A DNA stretch of 64,000 nucleotides from Octopus sinensis (GCF_006345805.1 NC_042999.1:139810001-139874000), one strand, 5' to 3'; positions 28,142 through 41,649 are shown, counted from the stretch's first letter. Numbers and translations: made by a program. Notes: generated by a model from the letters alone, not told the origin.

Positions 28142-28209
28142 CTATAACTGGACTGATTTAAATTCACTTCTGTGTTTTCTGTAATCCTTTGTTTTCTGAA
28201 AGTTTTTGT
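28142..28209 (-). CDS. Exon after a strong acceptor: either a 42-nt symmetric phase-1 cassette (28209-28168) or a short terminal exon DKNFQKTKDYRKHRSEFKSVQL*
   Basis: Acceptor tttcaattcttttcttcttctag, purine-rich open frame. Internal donor GAA|gtgaat at 28168, stop at 28142, AATAAA at 27991-27996. Confidence 0.55.
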
Positions 28210-28338
28210 CTAGAAGAAGAAAAGAATTGAAACATTAATTTATAAAAATAAATATTTTATATGACAAAAATTATCATGAAATCCAAAAATGACAAAAATA
28301 TATATTTAAGGTTATAAAATAAATAAAATTCAACTAAC

Positions 28339-28347
28339 CTGAAGGAG
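28339..28347 (-). CDS. 9-nt microexon CTCCTTCAG (A-P-S), phase 1 to 1
   Basis: aaactttgtttctccag|CTCCTTCAG|gttagt; frame-preserving. Confidence 0.5.
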
Positions 28348-28708
28348 CTGGAGAAACAAAGTTTTCTTTAAGAGTCAGCAATCAGGTTGAATGCAGCTTT
28401 CTACTTGCATCAATGAAAATCTTGCAAATCATGAATTAGGTATGTACAATTTCAAATATACTTGCTATTGAAATCATGGATTTTTAAGTATCTAGGCTGT
28501 CAGAACAGGATATTACAATTCAAATAGGTTTGATCATGATGCACTGATTATCTTCTTACAACTCACCATAACCAATTGTGACAGAAAATGGTACACATAC
28601 GTAACAATTCATGAACTTAATGAATTCAGCAAAAGTTTGAAGAGTCAAATTATTTAATATGAAAATATTTTAAAAGCATGAAATGTTTTAAAGTATTACA
28701 GAAGTATA

Positions 28709-29353
28709 CAGGCATACCTCACCCTACGTCGTTAATTGGTTTCAGGAGACACGACTAAAGTCAAATTAACTTGTCTCTAGGCTAAACCAATAATAAACAT
28801 TCCCACTTCTGTACTTTATTTATGAATGCATTTTCAATAATACATGGTTAATAAAAAGCTATTTTAAGCTTACAAACAACTAATTTTTATTTTTTAATAC
28901 AGTACAGTAAAAAAAAAAAGTAATCTCAATTTACGAATACAGTTTGACGGTGTTTACTGTACATCGTATACGCCTTATTTATGAAAGTTGTTTTCTAATA
29001 AGACATGATAAAATAAAAGCCTCTTTTAAGCTTAAAAACCAAATTCAGTAATTATTATTAAATCATTTTAAATTTACCAATACATACAATTTGGTGTACA
29101 ATTTCATGATTTTGTTCACTAAGCTAAACTCTTTTTTGGTGTGTATCTTAACATTTACTGTACTATTTTAATATGATTTTATATGCTTTTACCCTTACTT
29201 ATTGTACAGTAACATGATTATGTGCTTTTAATGGTTTTCTAGTGATTTTACAATTCCAACATTTGTGGTAGACAGATGTAAAGTCGAGTAAAATGACTTG
29301 ATTTTTATTTTTCCATATATTATTTTTGAATGACTTAAATCGAGGTATGCTTG
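28709..29353. mobile_element. Tigger/pogo-type MITE, 645 bp
   Basis: TIR starts CAGGCATACCTC / CAAGCATACCTCG, with a TA target duplication on both sides. Confidence 0.8.
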
Positions 29354-30129
29354 TATTATATGTACTGTAAAAATAAATTAACACAATGACAAAATCTAAA
29401 AATCTGAATCTCTAAATGGATTTTGCTAGGGAAGACATGCCAGAGATGTAAAACAGAACAACTAGGTGTCTCTGAAGGACAAGTTACGAACCAATTCTAT
29501 AACTGGAGCAGTATTCAACCACAACTAAGTAACAGGTTTGGAAGAGGTTAAAGATAGTGATCATGAAGAAGCTACACTGAGAGCAAGATATCAAGTTTAA
29601 GCGTTGGGAAACCAGGAATAGAATTCTGTGACATGAGGATAAGGATCACATGGTGTTCCAAACACTAAGGTAGAATGTTTGAATCAAGAGGTTACTGTGT
29701 GTGTGTGGAGGGGTTACACACATGTGGATGTGTGCATGCAGTTTCCTGCAAGGATGATGCATGAAACTCCTTCCATGAGATCTTGTTGAAAGTGGAATGC
29801 AAATGGGATAGTAACTACTCCAAGTAATGCAATTGTAAGAATTGATAGACAGTGCTATATTTTCAGTATCACTCAATTCTTTTAATTCTCTATATATTAT
29901 TTCCAACTCAGTTGTCACATGTATATTTTGATGGAATTAGTTTGTTTTAGAATTGCTACAGTAATAAGTTACATGCATTTGCAAGTAGGCATTTAGACAA
30001 AGTCTTAATTCTGAATATAAAATGTTTCAACAGCAAAGGGTTGAAGATAGTGAAAAGAAACTCATATGGCATATTTTTCACCAACATACTAGACTCTAGC
30101 CTAATGTTGCACTGTCTCTTCTTTCTGCT

Positions 30130-30420
30130 GAATGTCAGGAAGGCCATGAGCCAAGTTCCAGCAACATAGATAAGTCCCATCTGCTTTGATACATTTGTTC
30201 CATTGATTTTATGTCCTGATGGGTTACCAAGATTTTCAAGGAAATTGTTATAGTGACTGTGGAGACAGTGCAGTTTTATACTCATATTTGCTCCCAACTT
30301 TTGAAAGCTGTCCAGAATGTTATTGACTATTTTGGTGTAGTTAGCTGCTTTCTTGATGCCCAGAAAGTCATTTATAACTATTAGAAATGATTTCCAGGCT
30401 GTTACTACAGTCTATGCTGG
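30130..30420 (-). mobile_element. Chapaev3 (CMC)-like transposase C-terminal remnant
   Basis: AWKSF..V.NDFLGIKKAANY..IV.NILDSFQKLGANMSIKLHCLHSHYNNFLENLG matches the NFLGN.KA.NY...LGCNMS.K.HFLHSHLD.FPENLG motif (family label from memory). Confidence 0.6.
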
Positions 30421-31504
30421 GCTACAGTCTTAATTAGTATGACAATTAGTGAATTATATATAATTAATAGAATTTTGACTCGAAATACTTCAATAACGAA
30501 GAGGATAATCCATAATTTGTAAATGATGTTACCTGTTGTTGATAGAAAATTATAAAGGGTTTCTAGCAGTCACCATTTGATAGACATAGAAAATAATCTA
30601 TAACATATTTTAATCCAAATCTACAAAGCATAAACTATAAAAACAAACAAGGTTTCTATAAATACAGATACAATATCATCACACTCTATCTTATCACCAA
30701 AATTGATACTTATCAAATGCTCCATCTAGAGACAAAATGAATACCTATGCAGGATAAAGAACAAAATTTTAGACTTATTCCCTACATCTACTTGAATCTG
30801 AAGATATGAAGGAAAAAAAACCCAAGGTTAATGTCAATGAAATTAAGTCACAAGCTTCACTTACAAAAGTATTAGCACAACTACAATGTTATTTTATATA
30901 AGTCTCTTAAATATACCAAGTAGTATATTACAGCAAAATATTTTCTTGGTAATTTACATGATTAAAAAAATATTTCCTTTTCTCTGAAATGCATAAAAAC
31001 ACTGAAATTAAAGACCTCGGGAAAAGACAACTATAAAGAAAAGAAAAAGAAATGATCTATACCCATCGAAGATAAAAAGTCTTATGTTGAACATTCTTGT
31101 TCAGTTCAAACTAAGATCACATAACGTACAAATGTTGAGTACTGTTAGTGTCTTTATTAGGTAAGTCAAATTGCAGGACTTGTGCTAAATTAATATTATA
31201 TTTCTAAATATCGACTAAACATATCGTTTTTTATTTAAAACGGTCTTTCAAGTATAAATAGTAAGCGTTCTTATATAAACATGATACTAAACATTCGTTT
31301 ATACAATAGCGAAATATAAAGGATAGAATTTAAAAGCTGAACGTAAATTAGTATAGTTACAAACGGAAAGACAAAAACAATTTTAAGAGACGATAAGAGC
31401 ATGAAATGCAACCAGATTAATTGTCTCTATAACTTCTCTACGTTATAGATCTAGCATTCTCTCAATACTCCACCTCCATCATTAGAGAAAGCTTGTACAT
31501 TGCA

Positions 31505-31512
31505 TGACGTCA
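31505..31512. promoter_or_regulatory. CRE/ATF palindrome TGACGTCA
   Basis: Exact 8-mer about 180 bp into the intron after the HTH exon donor. Conserved in the paralog at 37355-37362. Confidence 0.45.
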
Positions 31513-31686
31513 AACTCAAGTCCGACTCAGGTGGATTCTCAAAATGTTTCTCTCACTCTCACTACGCTGATACTACTTAACTATCTCCCTCTTTGTATCT
31601 ATTTCTCTCCTTCATACGGTCTACGTTATGTATAAGATACCAACAGCAAAACGTTGCCTGTTTAGTTCCCTAGTTTTACAACTCAC

Positions 31687-32128
31687 CTTTTTGGTTCGGC
31701 GTCTGAAAATTGAATCCGTATCTAGCTTGGAAGCGCTCATACCAATTATTACGGAAGCAAAATTCATTGTAACCAAGGCTGTGTGCTACTTCAACAGCTT
31801 TTCGCTTGATTTTGGTGGCATTTAATTGTACTCCTTGACGACGAAGCTGTAAGACCCATTTGTATATGGCCTGTTCGACATCTCTATAAATTGTACTTCT
31901 AATTCGCTTGCGTTGTGACGAGCCATTGTCTGTGAAATCTTCCAAAATACGCGCGCGGTTTTTCATAATAGTTGATAATGTTGTCGCTGGGATACCGAAT
32001 TCGCGGGCGATAATTTTTTTCTTTTTTGTGCCTTCGTCTACGGCACGTATTATAGCCACTTTTGTCTTGAGAAGCAAACCTTTGCGTTTGCAACCATAAG
32101 GCTTCGATTTATTGATACCAGAAGTCAT
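31687..32128 (-). CDS. First coding exon: pipsqueak HTH + CENP-B/Tc5 HTH (Tigger/TIGD-type DNA-binding module), 147 aa, phase-1 donor, no DDE domain
   Basis: KRK.LLLKTKVAIIRAVDEG..KKIIAREFGIPATTLSTIMKNR and YRDVEQAIYKWVLQLRRQGVQLNATKIKRKA...FRNNWYERFQARY. Donor AAAG|gtgagt; the frame stops 3 codons into the intron. Confidence 0.88.
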
Positions 32129-32732
32129 TTTTTTAAAGCTGCAGTCTACTTATCGCTTCTCACTCTACTCACTTTTACTACGTTATATTTAGAATGAAGT
32201 CACACTCACTTCGTTCACTGCCTGCAATGATTGGCCTTAGAGTTAGAGAATTACTACTGAAAGATTTAATGCACTATGTGGCCTCTAGCAGCACTTGAGC
32301 TCTCTAGTAGTAATCGTCTAAACAAACCAATGTATTGTAGCTGCATAGATTTTAGTTAAATAAACCTGATTCAATGAACTAAATTACTAAAGTTTTCATA
32401 TAATAATAACAATAATAAATAACAGAAATACCGGAGGTAGGGGTAAGGATAAAGAGAAGTTATGATAGTATTTAAAGCGCTCGAATTTTGTTAAATTGAA
32501 CGGTGGAATATAAGGAGTTTCCTCATTACTGATTGTGAGTGGATGTGTATTGCGTTGGTCTTACACAATGTCTCGAAAAACAAACAAAAAACGCTTAAAC
32601 AATTTCAAAGGAGGTAGGGGACATTGATTAATAGGAAGATTTATCACTATAAATCAAACAACAAAACCTCGATTTCTTTAGAAAGGAATCTTAACACTGC
32701 ATTGATAAAATGTTATAATGGAATTAATTTTA

Positions 32733-32788
<56 letters not shown>

Positions 32789-33224
32789 CATATACAACAC
32801 ACTGGGGGTAGCATGTGATTCCTTAAATTAGATATAACCTCTTTAAGAGACTGAACTTTACAATAGGGCAAAAACTGAGGACCAGAATATGATATCGAAG
32901 TACAGATCCAGCAAAGATCTTTTTGTTTTCTTGGTTCTCTTCATACATCTAACAAGATACTTGTTTGAATTTGTTATGAAATTCTGGTTTCACACAAACG
33001 CTTTATTTAATCAATATCTATGGATATTACATAAAAAGAACACATAGTTCAACCTTATTACAAATAGCAGCCAAATGTCAAACCACATATACACTCTACA
33101 GTCCCTCAAAACGAGGATGAGACTGGTCAGGCCTTACTTGCCTTTCAGCTTTAAGTCTACTCGCTTTTAAAGACGAATTAGGGTTGAACAACAAACAAAA
33201 TTTTTTTTACAATACATCAATTTT

Positions 33225-33420
33225 GTTTTCAGTCATTGGACTGCGGCCATGCTGTGGAACAGCCTCAACGGGTTTAGCCGAACAAATCGACCCCAGTACT
33301 TGTTTTTTAAAGTTTAGTACTTATTCTGTCGTTTCCTTTTGCCGAATTGCTACATTACAGAGGTAAAGAAACCAACACCGGTTTTCAAGCAGTGATGGAG
33401 GACAAACACATTATATATGA
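33225..33420 (-). mobile_element. tRNA-derived SINE (octopus-type) fragment
   Basis: gtcattggactgcggccatgctg...gaacaaatcgaccccagtact...gtacttattctgtcg...ttgccgaattgcta. Confidence 0.65.
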
Positions 33421-34079
33421 AATATAACAAAACGAAGACCCACAAAATTGTATAATGTGACCTTTCATACTGAATATGTTAATTGAACTACGAAATATAT
33501 TTATGAATTATTTCAGAATAGTTTCAAGTTAATGCTTCAAATTACCTCCCCTGTACTACGATACTATTTCACATTTCTTTCTAACTCCACGCGCTCCAAA
33601 GGACAAATAATTATAAAACTTTTGTGACAGCTACACCTACCACCGTCCCATGGACTTTCATAAGTAAGCTAAGAGATAAATTTACTATAATTTAATTTTA
33701 CTTTAAGCCGATTCTAGTACTCCTTTTTTATACGCGATCTTTCATTCATTCGTTTATAAAATACAAGCTTCTCTGTTACATGTCGGTCCGTTAACATTAA
33801 TTTCTTTTATATTTTTTAAAAAGTAAGACAGACGGTACCCATAATTATTCAGAAACCTTCCAAGATTAGATGGAGAGAAGGCATCCTGAAACCAGAGATA
33901 AGACTTAAATGCTTGCAACATAGTGCATGCTGCTAAGGGCATCGAAGTGGGCCACAAAAGGATTTGAATAATGAACACAAACAGCTGGAACAAATACTAC
34001 AAGGCAACCTGCTATTATTTCAGTTCCATCAATTCATAACCCAAAATGATAAAATCCAAGTGTCACAATAAATAACACA

Positions 34080-35250
34080 GCATTCTATCTGATGCTTCAA
34101 TGGCTACCAATCTGTTGCTCTAATATAAATGAAAGATGTTCACAGCACCTAGGTTTCACAAGCAGTCACTTGCATTGTAGAAAAATCACGGAGATCTGTC
34201 AAGATTCCAAACATCAAGTTCAAATTCAATTATAATGGTTTGCTACAATAAAACCATTTGCAACTCAGTACTTATTAGCATTAAGCACAAAGTATTGGTT
34301 AAGGAAGGAAAGTAGGTTCCAATATTTTGCTTTCCTCATGTTGAATGGAATCACAGTGACAAATGTCATAATGAACTTCTGTGTGGGACAATAACATAAG
34401 ATCTTCAGAACCAAGTTGAAATTACAAAACTGCTACCTGATCAGAACAGCATAATTAACAATTATCTTAAAAGTTTAATTTCAGAAATGTAGACTATTTT
34501 CCCTTGATGTACCTGGAAAGGTGGTGGCTCATGCTGCATTCAAGTCCCCTTTCAACTCGGTAATAAATGAAAGTGCTACAGAAAGCATCAGCAAAGGAAC
34601 TGGGATGATAGAGGTTCGGAGAAGTTGCAAATTCATAATTTGGAATGAATATACAATGCTTCACAAAGTAACAGAAGTTTTGGACAGGGCATTGTATAAA
34701 CAAAAAGATAAAGGGGAAATCCTTGCTTTTATGTTGGAGATTTTAGACAGATACGGGCTGTTGCTTTAGGAGAGACAAGAACAGATGAACATTTACTTAA
34801 GATCTCATATCTTTGGAGAAATGTAATGAAATTACACTTATCTACCAATTTAAAAGACAATCCATTTGCTTATCAGTTAATTGGCCAATCTGTAAACAAG
34901 TCACTGCAACAATAGAAAATTCAAACCAAATGAAGAGGAAGAATTAATATGGGAACAGTAAGCAAAACACTACCATCTGCTCACAAACCAAAAGGAATGT
35001 CTACTCAAATCTTCTGAATAACTATCAGAATCACAGAAAGAGTAATATTAGTTCTAAAGAACAGTTGCAGCTGATGGCATCAACACAGTTTCTGCAGTAG
35101 CTTCTACTAAGAACCATTGTTACTAATCTTTTGAAACAGTACTTGATATCCAAAAAGAGTTTCTAAATTAACTAGAAGTTTCAGGAAACCTACTACAAAA
35201 ATTTAAAATTTTAAATAAGGAAATGGCTATCATGCTCCTTATAACTTGAA
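34080..35250 (+). mobile_element. Helitron Rep-Hel remnant (PIF1-like helicase)
   Basis: VAHAAFKSPFN..ESATESISKGTGMIEVRRSCKFIIWNEYTMLHK.TEVLDRAL corresponds to RTAHS.FKLP...C.LI.WDE.TM.HK..EALDR of Helitron helicases. Degenerate. Confidence 0.75.
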
Positions 35251-37518
35251 TTCAGCAGGAACAAAATGTCACTGGTAAGACTATAACTTTTTGGACATGA
35301 CAAAGAGGTATTCATGAGTATGTTTAAGAATCTTGTTTCCTGACCCTGTGGTTTAAGACTCACTTTCACTGCTCAGCCCATGAGCAAGTATCTTCTACAT
35401 AAATAAATTAGAAAACCTTTCAACTCACCCCACTCCCGTATTATTGCAAAATATTCCCAAATACACGTTTGACGTGAAAAATTAGTATCTTTTATCTCTT
35501 ATGTATACAATGTCATTTGTAAATTTTCTTTTTCATTAAACACAAATTTTACAACTCTTAACTGATCGGATTGTGAAAGTTAGGGTTATGTTCATTGAAG
35601 ATCATATGATCTTCAGTATTTTTACACACACTAACAAAAAATCTGGGTTCATTGATTCTGAGGAACAATACGATAAACATTGGATTTTGTTTCTCTATCA
35701 TAAGCAAGATAAGGACAAATATAAAGGCAAAAGCTATCCAGACCAAATTATTTGACAGGCAATACATCCAAATCATCAATTCTCATCCTTAATAGAACAG
35801 AAAATAATGAACTTATAAAAATTGATAGACACAATGAAATGGAAATCCATACATTTTTTTTTGTATTGATTCAAAATATAAAGGCAAAATTTAAATATGT
35901 AAATAATGAAATACTTATATTTCATTGTATATACAGCATAAAGCAAGAATTGTAAGTTTCCATCATTCCTAAATTAGAAATTATTATTACTAACAAGTTT
36001 TATTTAGATGAAATACGAAACATCAAAGAAACACGTCAAGATAATTTATGAATAGAAGTGAAAGACATCACAAATATCATCACTACTCGATCACCAAAAT
36101 GAAAGCAGCTTTAGGCTATGGTTTAAAATTAAAACGACTACATATTTTATGTGAATACTTTAATCTATAGAAGAACCCACAAACACTAGTCAAGTTAAGT
36201 TTACAGTTGAATTAAATCTCTCACTACATAGAATCATTCGATAATTAACACTCAGATTAGATTGATGATATACGCAATCCAAAGATTCAATGTTACACAT
36301 GTAGAGTGAACAAAACACTAGATTTGATTAGGTCAATAGATTATCCACTCTTTTACATTCTGATAGTCATAAATAACTTATACTTAACCCCTTAATGCTC
36401 AAATTATTTTCTTCATCCCAAATTTTCCTTCTATAACTTTATAAGAACGAAAAAAAAAAACTTGAATGCGTTGCCAATATTCATTGAAATGTGTGGTTTT
36501 TAGAAGACACTTTAGTCTTATGGTTAATGGCAATGCTTCGGTATTCGTATTAAGAGTGACATTTTAAAAAGCAACTGCTTTTAGATATATCTCTAAAATC
36601 GTTGGTAAATTAATAATCAATTCTTGTGAACTCAAAAAAAAAAAAAGACCATGGGCATTAATGAGTTAAGCTTGAGGTTTAAAAGCTGCTAGTCAAATTA
36701 AGATAAAAGAGAATTAACTTAGTTGGAGGTGATCCAACGAAGAAACAAACTTAAGCCATTAGCTTCACTTAGAAACTCAACCACAATTTAATATAACACT
36801 TTTTACCAGTTTCAGAATGACAGTGAGTTAAAAGAAAAATCAATAAATTTCAAACTAAAATTATCATATAATCCACAACCTTTCTTATACTGAGCACATA
36901 CGGTCTCTCCAGATTTAGTAAGCGTGTAAACGTTCACTAGTATATTTGTTCAGTATTGTTTTAACAGTTCTTCTAAAATAAATTGCATCTATCAGTTTAA
37001 CAGCTTGTGTACGAGTAAATTAAGAACATTCATCTTTCCAAATATTGAATAAAAGTATCCCATCCTTTTCTATTTATATATAACAATCGTTTCTTCAAGT
37101 GAAATTTACATACATAGTGATGGTTTGTCACTCTTTTTGATCTTAGAAACATACCATATATTATTGTTTATACAATACCGAAATAGAAAGAACAAGGAAT
37201 TTGAATGCAGAACGTAAATAATATGGTTAGGAACGGAAAGACAACAGTGATTTTTAAGAAACGATGAAGATACAAAACGTGACCATAGACTGATTGTCTA
37301 GATTTACTACGTTATATATCTAGCAGCCAGCCTCTAAATTCTCTACACACTACATGACGTCAAACTCGAAGTCCAACTCAGGTGTGTTCTCATATTGTTT
37401 TTTTTTTTTCTTTCTCTCTCTCCAACGTTGATGTTACTCGACTCTTTCTATGAGTGTATTTCTCTTTCATATACTCTACGTCTGCTACCACTACCATCAC
37501 ACTTTTTGTTTATCTCAC

Positions 37519-37948
37519 GCTCTTAGTCAGGCCCATGAAAACTGTTATCTAGCCAGAAAGGGCTCTTATCAATTATTCAAACGCAAAATCCACTACAATC
37601 AAGACTGCGTTACTTCTACAGTTTAATTTTTGATTTCAGTAGAATTTAGTTGTACTCCCTGACGACGAAGCTGTAGGACCCATTTCTAAATGGTCTTTCC
37701 GACATCTTTATAAATTGCACCTCTAACCGTCCAACCCATGCCAGCAAGAAAGGACGACGTTAAACGATGATGATGATCTCGCTAGTATTGCTATGAGGCA
37801 TAGTCAGACAAAGTACGAGCGCAATTTTTCATAATGGCTTATGTCATTGCTGGCATACCAAAATATTTGTTTCTTTTTTTTTTTTTTTGGTACCTTCATC
37901 TGCAGCACGTATAACAACCATATAAGATTTCGATTTACTAGATGACAT
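37519..37948 (-). pseudogene. Decayed paralog of the psq/CENP-B HTH exon
   Basis: MSSSKSKSY..VIRAADEGTKK...KWVLQLRRQGVQLNSTEIK still readable, but with a deletion, frameshifts, stops and a SINE insertion. Confidence 0.85.
37726..37776 (+). mobile_element. 5'-truncated RTE-tail insertion inside the pseudo-exon
   Basis: accgtccaacccatgccagcaagaaaggacgacgttaaacgatgatgatga interrupts the alignment with 31900-31915. Confidence 0.85.
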
Positions 37949-38337
37949 TTGCTTTTGACCAAACAGCTTCAAGATAACGTCTGCTTAACGCTTCTTACAT
38001 TACTCACTTTTTACTACACTAAACAACATCCTTGTAAATGGCCTCAAGTAGCACTCGAGTATACAAAACGAATTATTGTAGCTTTTATACATTTAAGAGA
38101 ACTTCGAAAATGTTTTATGGAAGTTAATGAATGGAAATTGTGAAGAAACTAAAATAGGTTTTAAAAGAAGGAAATGTGTTAAGTGGAAGTTGAGTGTTGG
38201 CTATTTTGTTAAATTGAATGGTGGAATTACAGAAACTTAACAGCTTGTCGCCCCCTTTGGTGCGTGTATATTACAATAATTTACACCATAACTAAAAAAT
38301 GTAATTTCACAGCAGAAAAACTTAATATATGGATTTA

Positions 38338-39382
38338 TTGTTACATTTGGGGACGGTCATCTTTTGCCAGTAAACACATGCTCTATTTACTTGATCTTCA
38401 TTTTATTAATATTGAGTGAGAGAGCAGTGCATGCCATCAAGCGACATTGAGGTAAGCTATATGAAGCCCAGTACACCCATCATGGCTACCTGTCTGATAA
38501 GAGCACACCAGGTACATGCATCACAACCATATGTGCATGACCTTCCAGGTGGGGCCCAGTGAGAATTTTCATCAGGTCAAGTAGCCCATCCTGCTCAAAT
38601 GGTCCCTGAATAAAGGTTGTTTAAGGATGCTGAATGTAAAACCCATGTTTCCAGAGGTGAATTATTCAAATCCCAAAGAATTCCTATCAACATGCAACTA
38701 TGATGCCCCCCCCCCTCACATTATTTCTGTTTGCAATTAGAGATGCACATATCGTCAGCCACCAAGGGACATGCTCAACTGGTTTTGGTCAAACAACTGA
38801 CAAGAAAATCTGTGGTATTGAGCAGAATATTTACTGTAGCCCATCTTTTATACCAAAGCGAAAACATGTACATGATAACACTTCCAATCACTTAAAATAA
38901 AAAACCATGAGGGCCAGTGCCTGGTACTGCATCAGGGCATATATTATTATAATTATCATTATTAAGGCAGTGAGCTGCCAGAATCATTAGCATGCTAGTC
39001 GAAATGCTTGCCGTGTTCTGAGTTCAACTTTGCCTTTCATCCTTTTGGGGTTGATAAATTAAATACCAGTGAAACATTTGAGGTCAATGTAATCGACTAG
39101 TCCCCTCTCCACAAATTTCAGGTCTTGTGCCTTTAGTAGAAGGGATTATTAGTTTATTTTCCAGAGTTCTCTTGTACATTCTGTGAGCTCTTCAATGATT
39201 TTCTGTCTCTTGTGTTTCCTCTTCTCTCTGGTTTTATCCTGTCTATACCATTTTGTCTTTTGCTGAAGAGGTCACAGAATGTGTGACGAACTACTACTAC
39301 TACTACTACTGTTGCTGCTAAAGTGAAGATATAATAGTGCACGTGTTTATTGGCAAAAGATGACCATCCTCTAATATAACAA
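38338..39382. mobile_element. Non-autonomous DNA transposon with about 45-bp TIRs, containing a nested SINE
   Basis: Left gttacatttggggacggtcatcttttgccagtaaacacatgc versus reverse complement of right gttatattagaggatggtcatcttttgccaataaacacgtgc. Confidence 0.7.
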
Positions 39383-40246
39383 AATCTATTTCAACACATG
39401 ATTTCATATCAACAATTTTGCAAAACATAAACATATTAATAATTTACTACTGCACAAAATAAATAAATAAAAAACTGCTTCAAAAACATTAATTTTACCA
39501 GTAAAGAATGGAAATAACACTGAAGAAATGAAATGTTATAATGACAGTAATTGTAACCATATATAAACAAAAATATAATTTTGATACATGCAAAAAGGCA
39601 TCTGATTCATGTTGCATAAGAAACTGAACTGCAGTTTGCAGGCCCCAAAACTGAAGACCAGTATGTCTACAGTAGTGTATATACTATGAATGGTTTCTCT
39701 ACCACTAGCACAAGGCCACAAATTAATTAGTGAAATAGATAATCAAATCAACTGCAATACTAAACTAATATATTATTGGTAATAAATGAATGAAAAGTGA
39801 ATCCAATCCTGCTGATAAACAAAACAACCATTTCTGCTGTTCCACAAATACTTACAATATATATATATATATATTATAAGTAGAAGTGCTCTTAAAAAAT
39901 TAGTATACATAAAAATTATTTTGCTTCTTGTATGCTGGTATGCTCAGTAATATATAACTTTACCAATTATTTACTTCATAAATAACCATGAAACCTCCAA
40001 CCAAAGAACAATAATTTACATGATTGTTCAACTTGCCAAAAATTGCAACCAAATCTCCCCGAAAACACACCTTTATGTCTAAAAATAGACCAAACCAAAT
40101 AACCTACTCCATTATACCGTATTGCTAAAAAACAAAGGTTCATCATAACTTGAATGCCTTTCAACACAGGGTATTCTGATTTTTGTCAGACAGGTAAACA
40201 GAAGTTAAGTATGTACAACATTCTCTCTCTTTTATGTGTGTGTATA

Positions 40247-40279
<33 letters not shown>

Positions 40280-40479
40280 CATCATCATCGTTTAACGTCC
40301 GTTCTCCATGCTAGCATGGGTTGGACGGTTCGACCGGGGATCTGGGAAGCCAGAAAGCTGCACCATATATGTATTTAAATTAATTGTCTCATGACTGGTA
40401 CAGCCAATTATTGTAGGTGTTCATTCTAGATATTCTGGCTGTTGTCTCTATTCATATGTGGAAGGGCTGCAGAACAGAA

Positions 40480-41130
40480 TTTCTTTGCTTGCTACTTCTT
40501 GGCCCCACCCCATAACTATGCCCTGGAGAATAGTTTTGGATAGGGAATCATGGTAGGATACATGTCCATATCAGATGAGCTTTTGTTGTTTCACTGTGGT
40601 AGGGCATGGCTCTCACCTGCCAACGTATCTGGTAAATTATTGCCTAACAAAGCTGTTGGCTTTGTGCTTTTTACATAGGGGACAAATAACAGCCCTCTAA
40701 GCAACCATACTCAAATGCCTGGATTCTAAATTCTGTGTTAAGCTGTAACTGTTCAGCTTTCAAACCCATGTAAAAATTTCTAAGTCAAGGAGAATTCCTG
40801 CAGTTTGAACTTTGATGTAACTACACTGCTGACAATGTTTAACTTCATCATGGCAGAAAAGAATATACCAAATCATACTTTTTATCTCCTTTTCTGAGCT
40901 GCTGTTCTTAAAATGGATCCAAAGTAAAAGCTGTCTACTGTTTCAAGTTTTGCTTTACACAGTATGTTGGTTGCTGCATTGTAGTTGTGTCTCTTGACTA
41001 GTATTTTACTCAATCCTGGACTAGCTTCCATTCCATATGCTCCAACTGCTTTTTCCAGTCTAGCGTTAAATTCCTAGAGATCTGTTTCATTGCCACCCAG
41101 CCCCATTAGGTTGATATAGTCAACAGAATG
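40480..41130 (-). mobile_element. RTE LINE reverse-transcriptase remnant
   Basis: Broken translation ..RLEKAVGAYGME...KLETVDSF..GSIL...RIQAFEYGC fits the RTE RT region after the DD motif. Confidence 0.6.
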
Positions 41131-41649
41131 CCTCCTTTCCATAATCTTATGACACATGTAGCCAATCAGAATTCTTTAAAATATCACTTGGAAAAACAGG
41201 AATAAGTTTACACTAAGTAGCTAATAAGACAAAGTGTGCAAGGCATCCTATTTTTAAGTGAATTATTTATATATGTATAAATATCCCATCTATTAAATTG
41301 CTTTTGTTCTCTAAAAATCTTTGTTCACACACATATGAGAGAGAGGAGCTAATCAAAGTTTTTTTTAGAGAAAAACAATTTAATAATTAGATGGGATAGA
41401 TCAAGTACCTTATCCATATCAACATGAAATAAATGTTAATCACAAATATCGCTTTATACCTTGATGCATGTGGCTGGGCATGCAATATTTTTTTTATAAC
41501 TCACTGGGTCTGGAGGAAGAGGCCATCTTTTGCTGGCCCTCTGATGCTGTTAACATTCTACTTAAGATATTGCAAGTCAATGACTACAGGAAAGAAATGA
41601 GCAAGGAGATAGAAGTTGACATTTTGGACACAGTAATTGGTATGGAGAC

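Larger units (their letters stand above)
37140..38240 (-). repeat. About 1.1-kb tandem segmental duplicate of 31270-32520 (promoter + exon + proximal intron)
   Basis: Collinear shared blocks: aacggaaagacaa, catgacgtcaaactc..gtcc.actcaggtg, gtactccctgacgacgaagctgtag.accc, ttttgttaaattgaa.ggtggaat. Confidence 0.85.

Noticed and set aside
39154-39342. Purine-rich exon-like segment after attctgtgacctcttcag
   Set aside because: Lies inside the TIR-bounded element 38338-39382, and its phase-1 reading stops after 6 codons.
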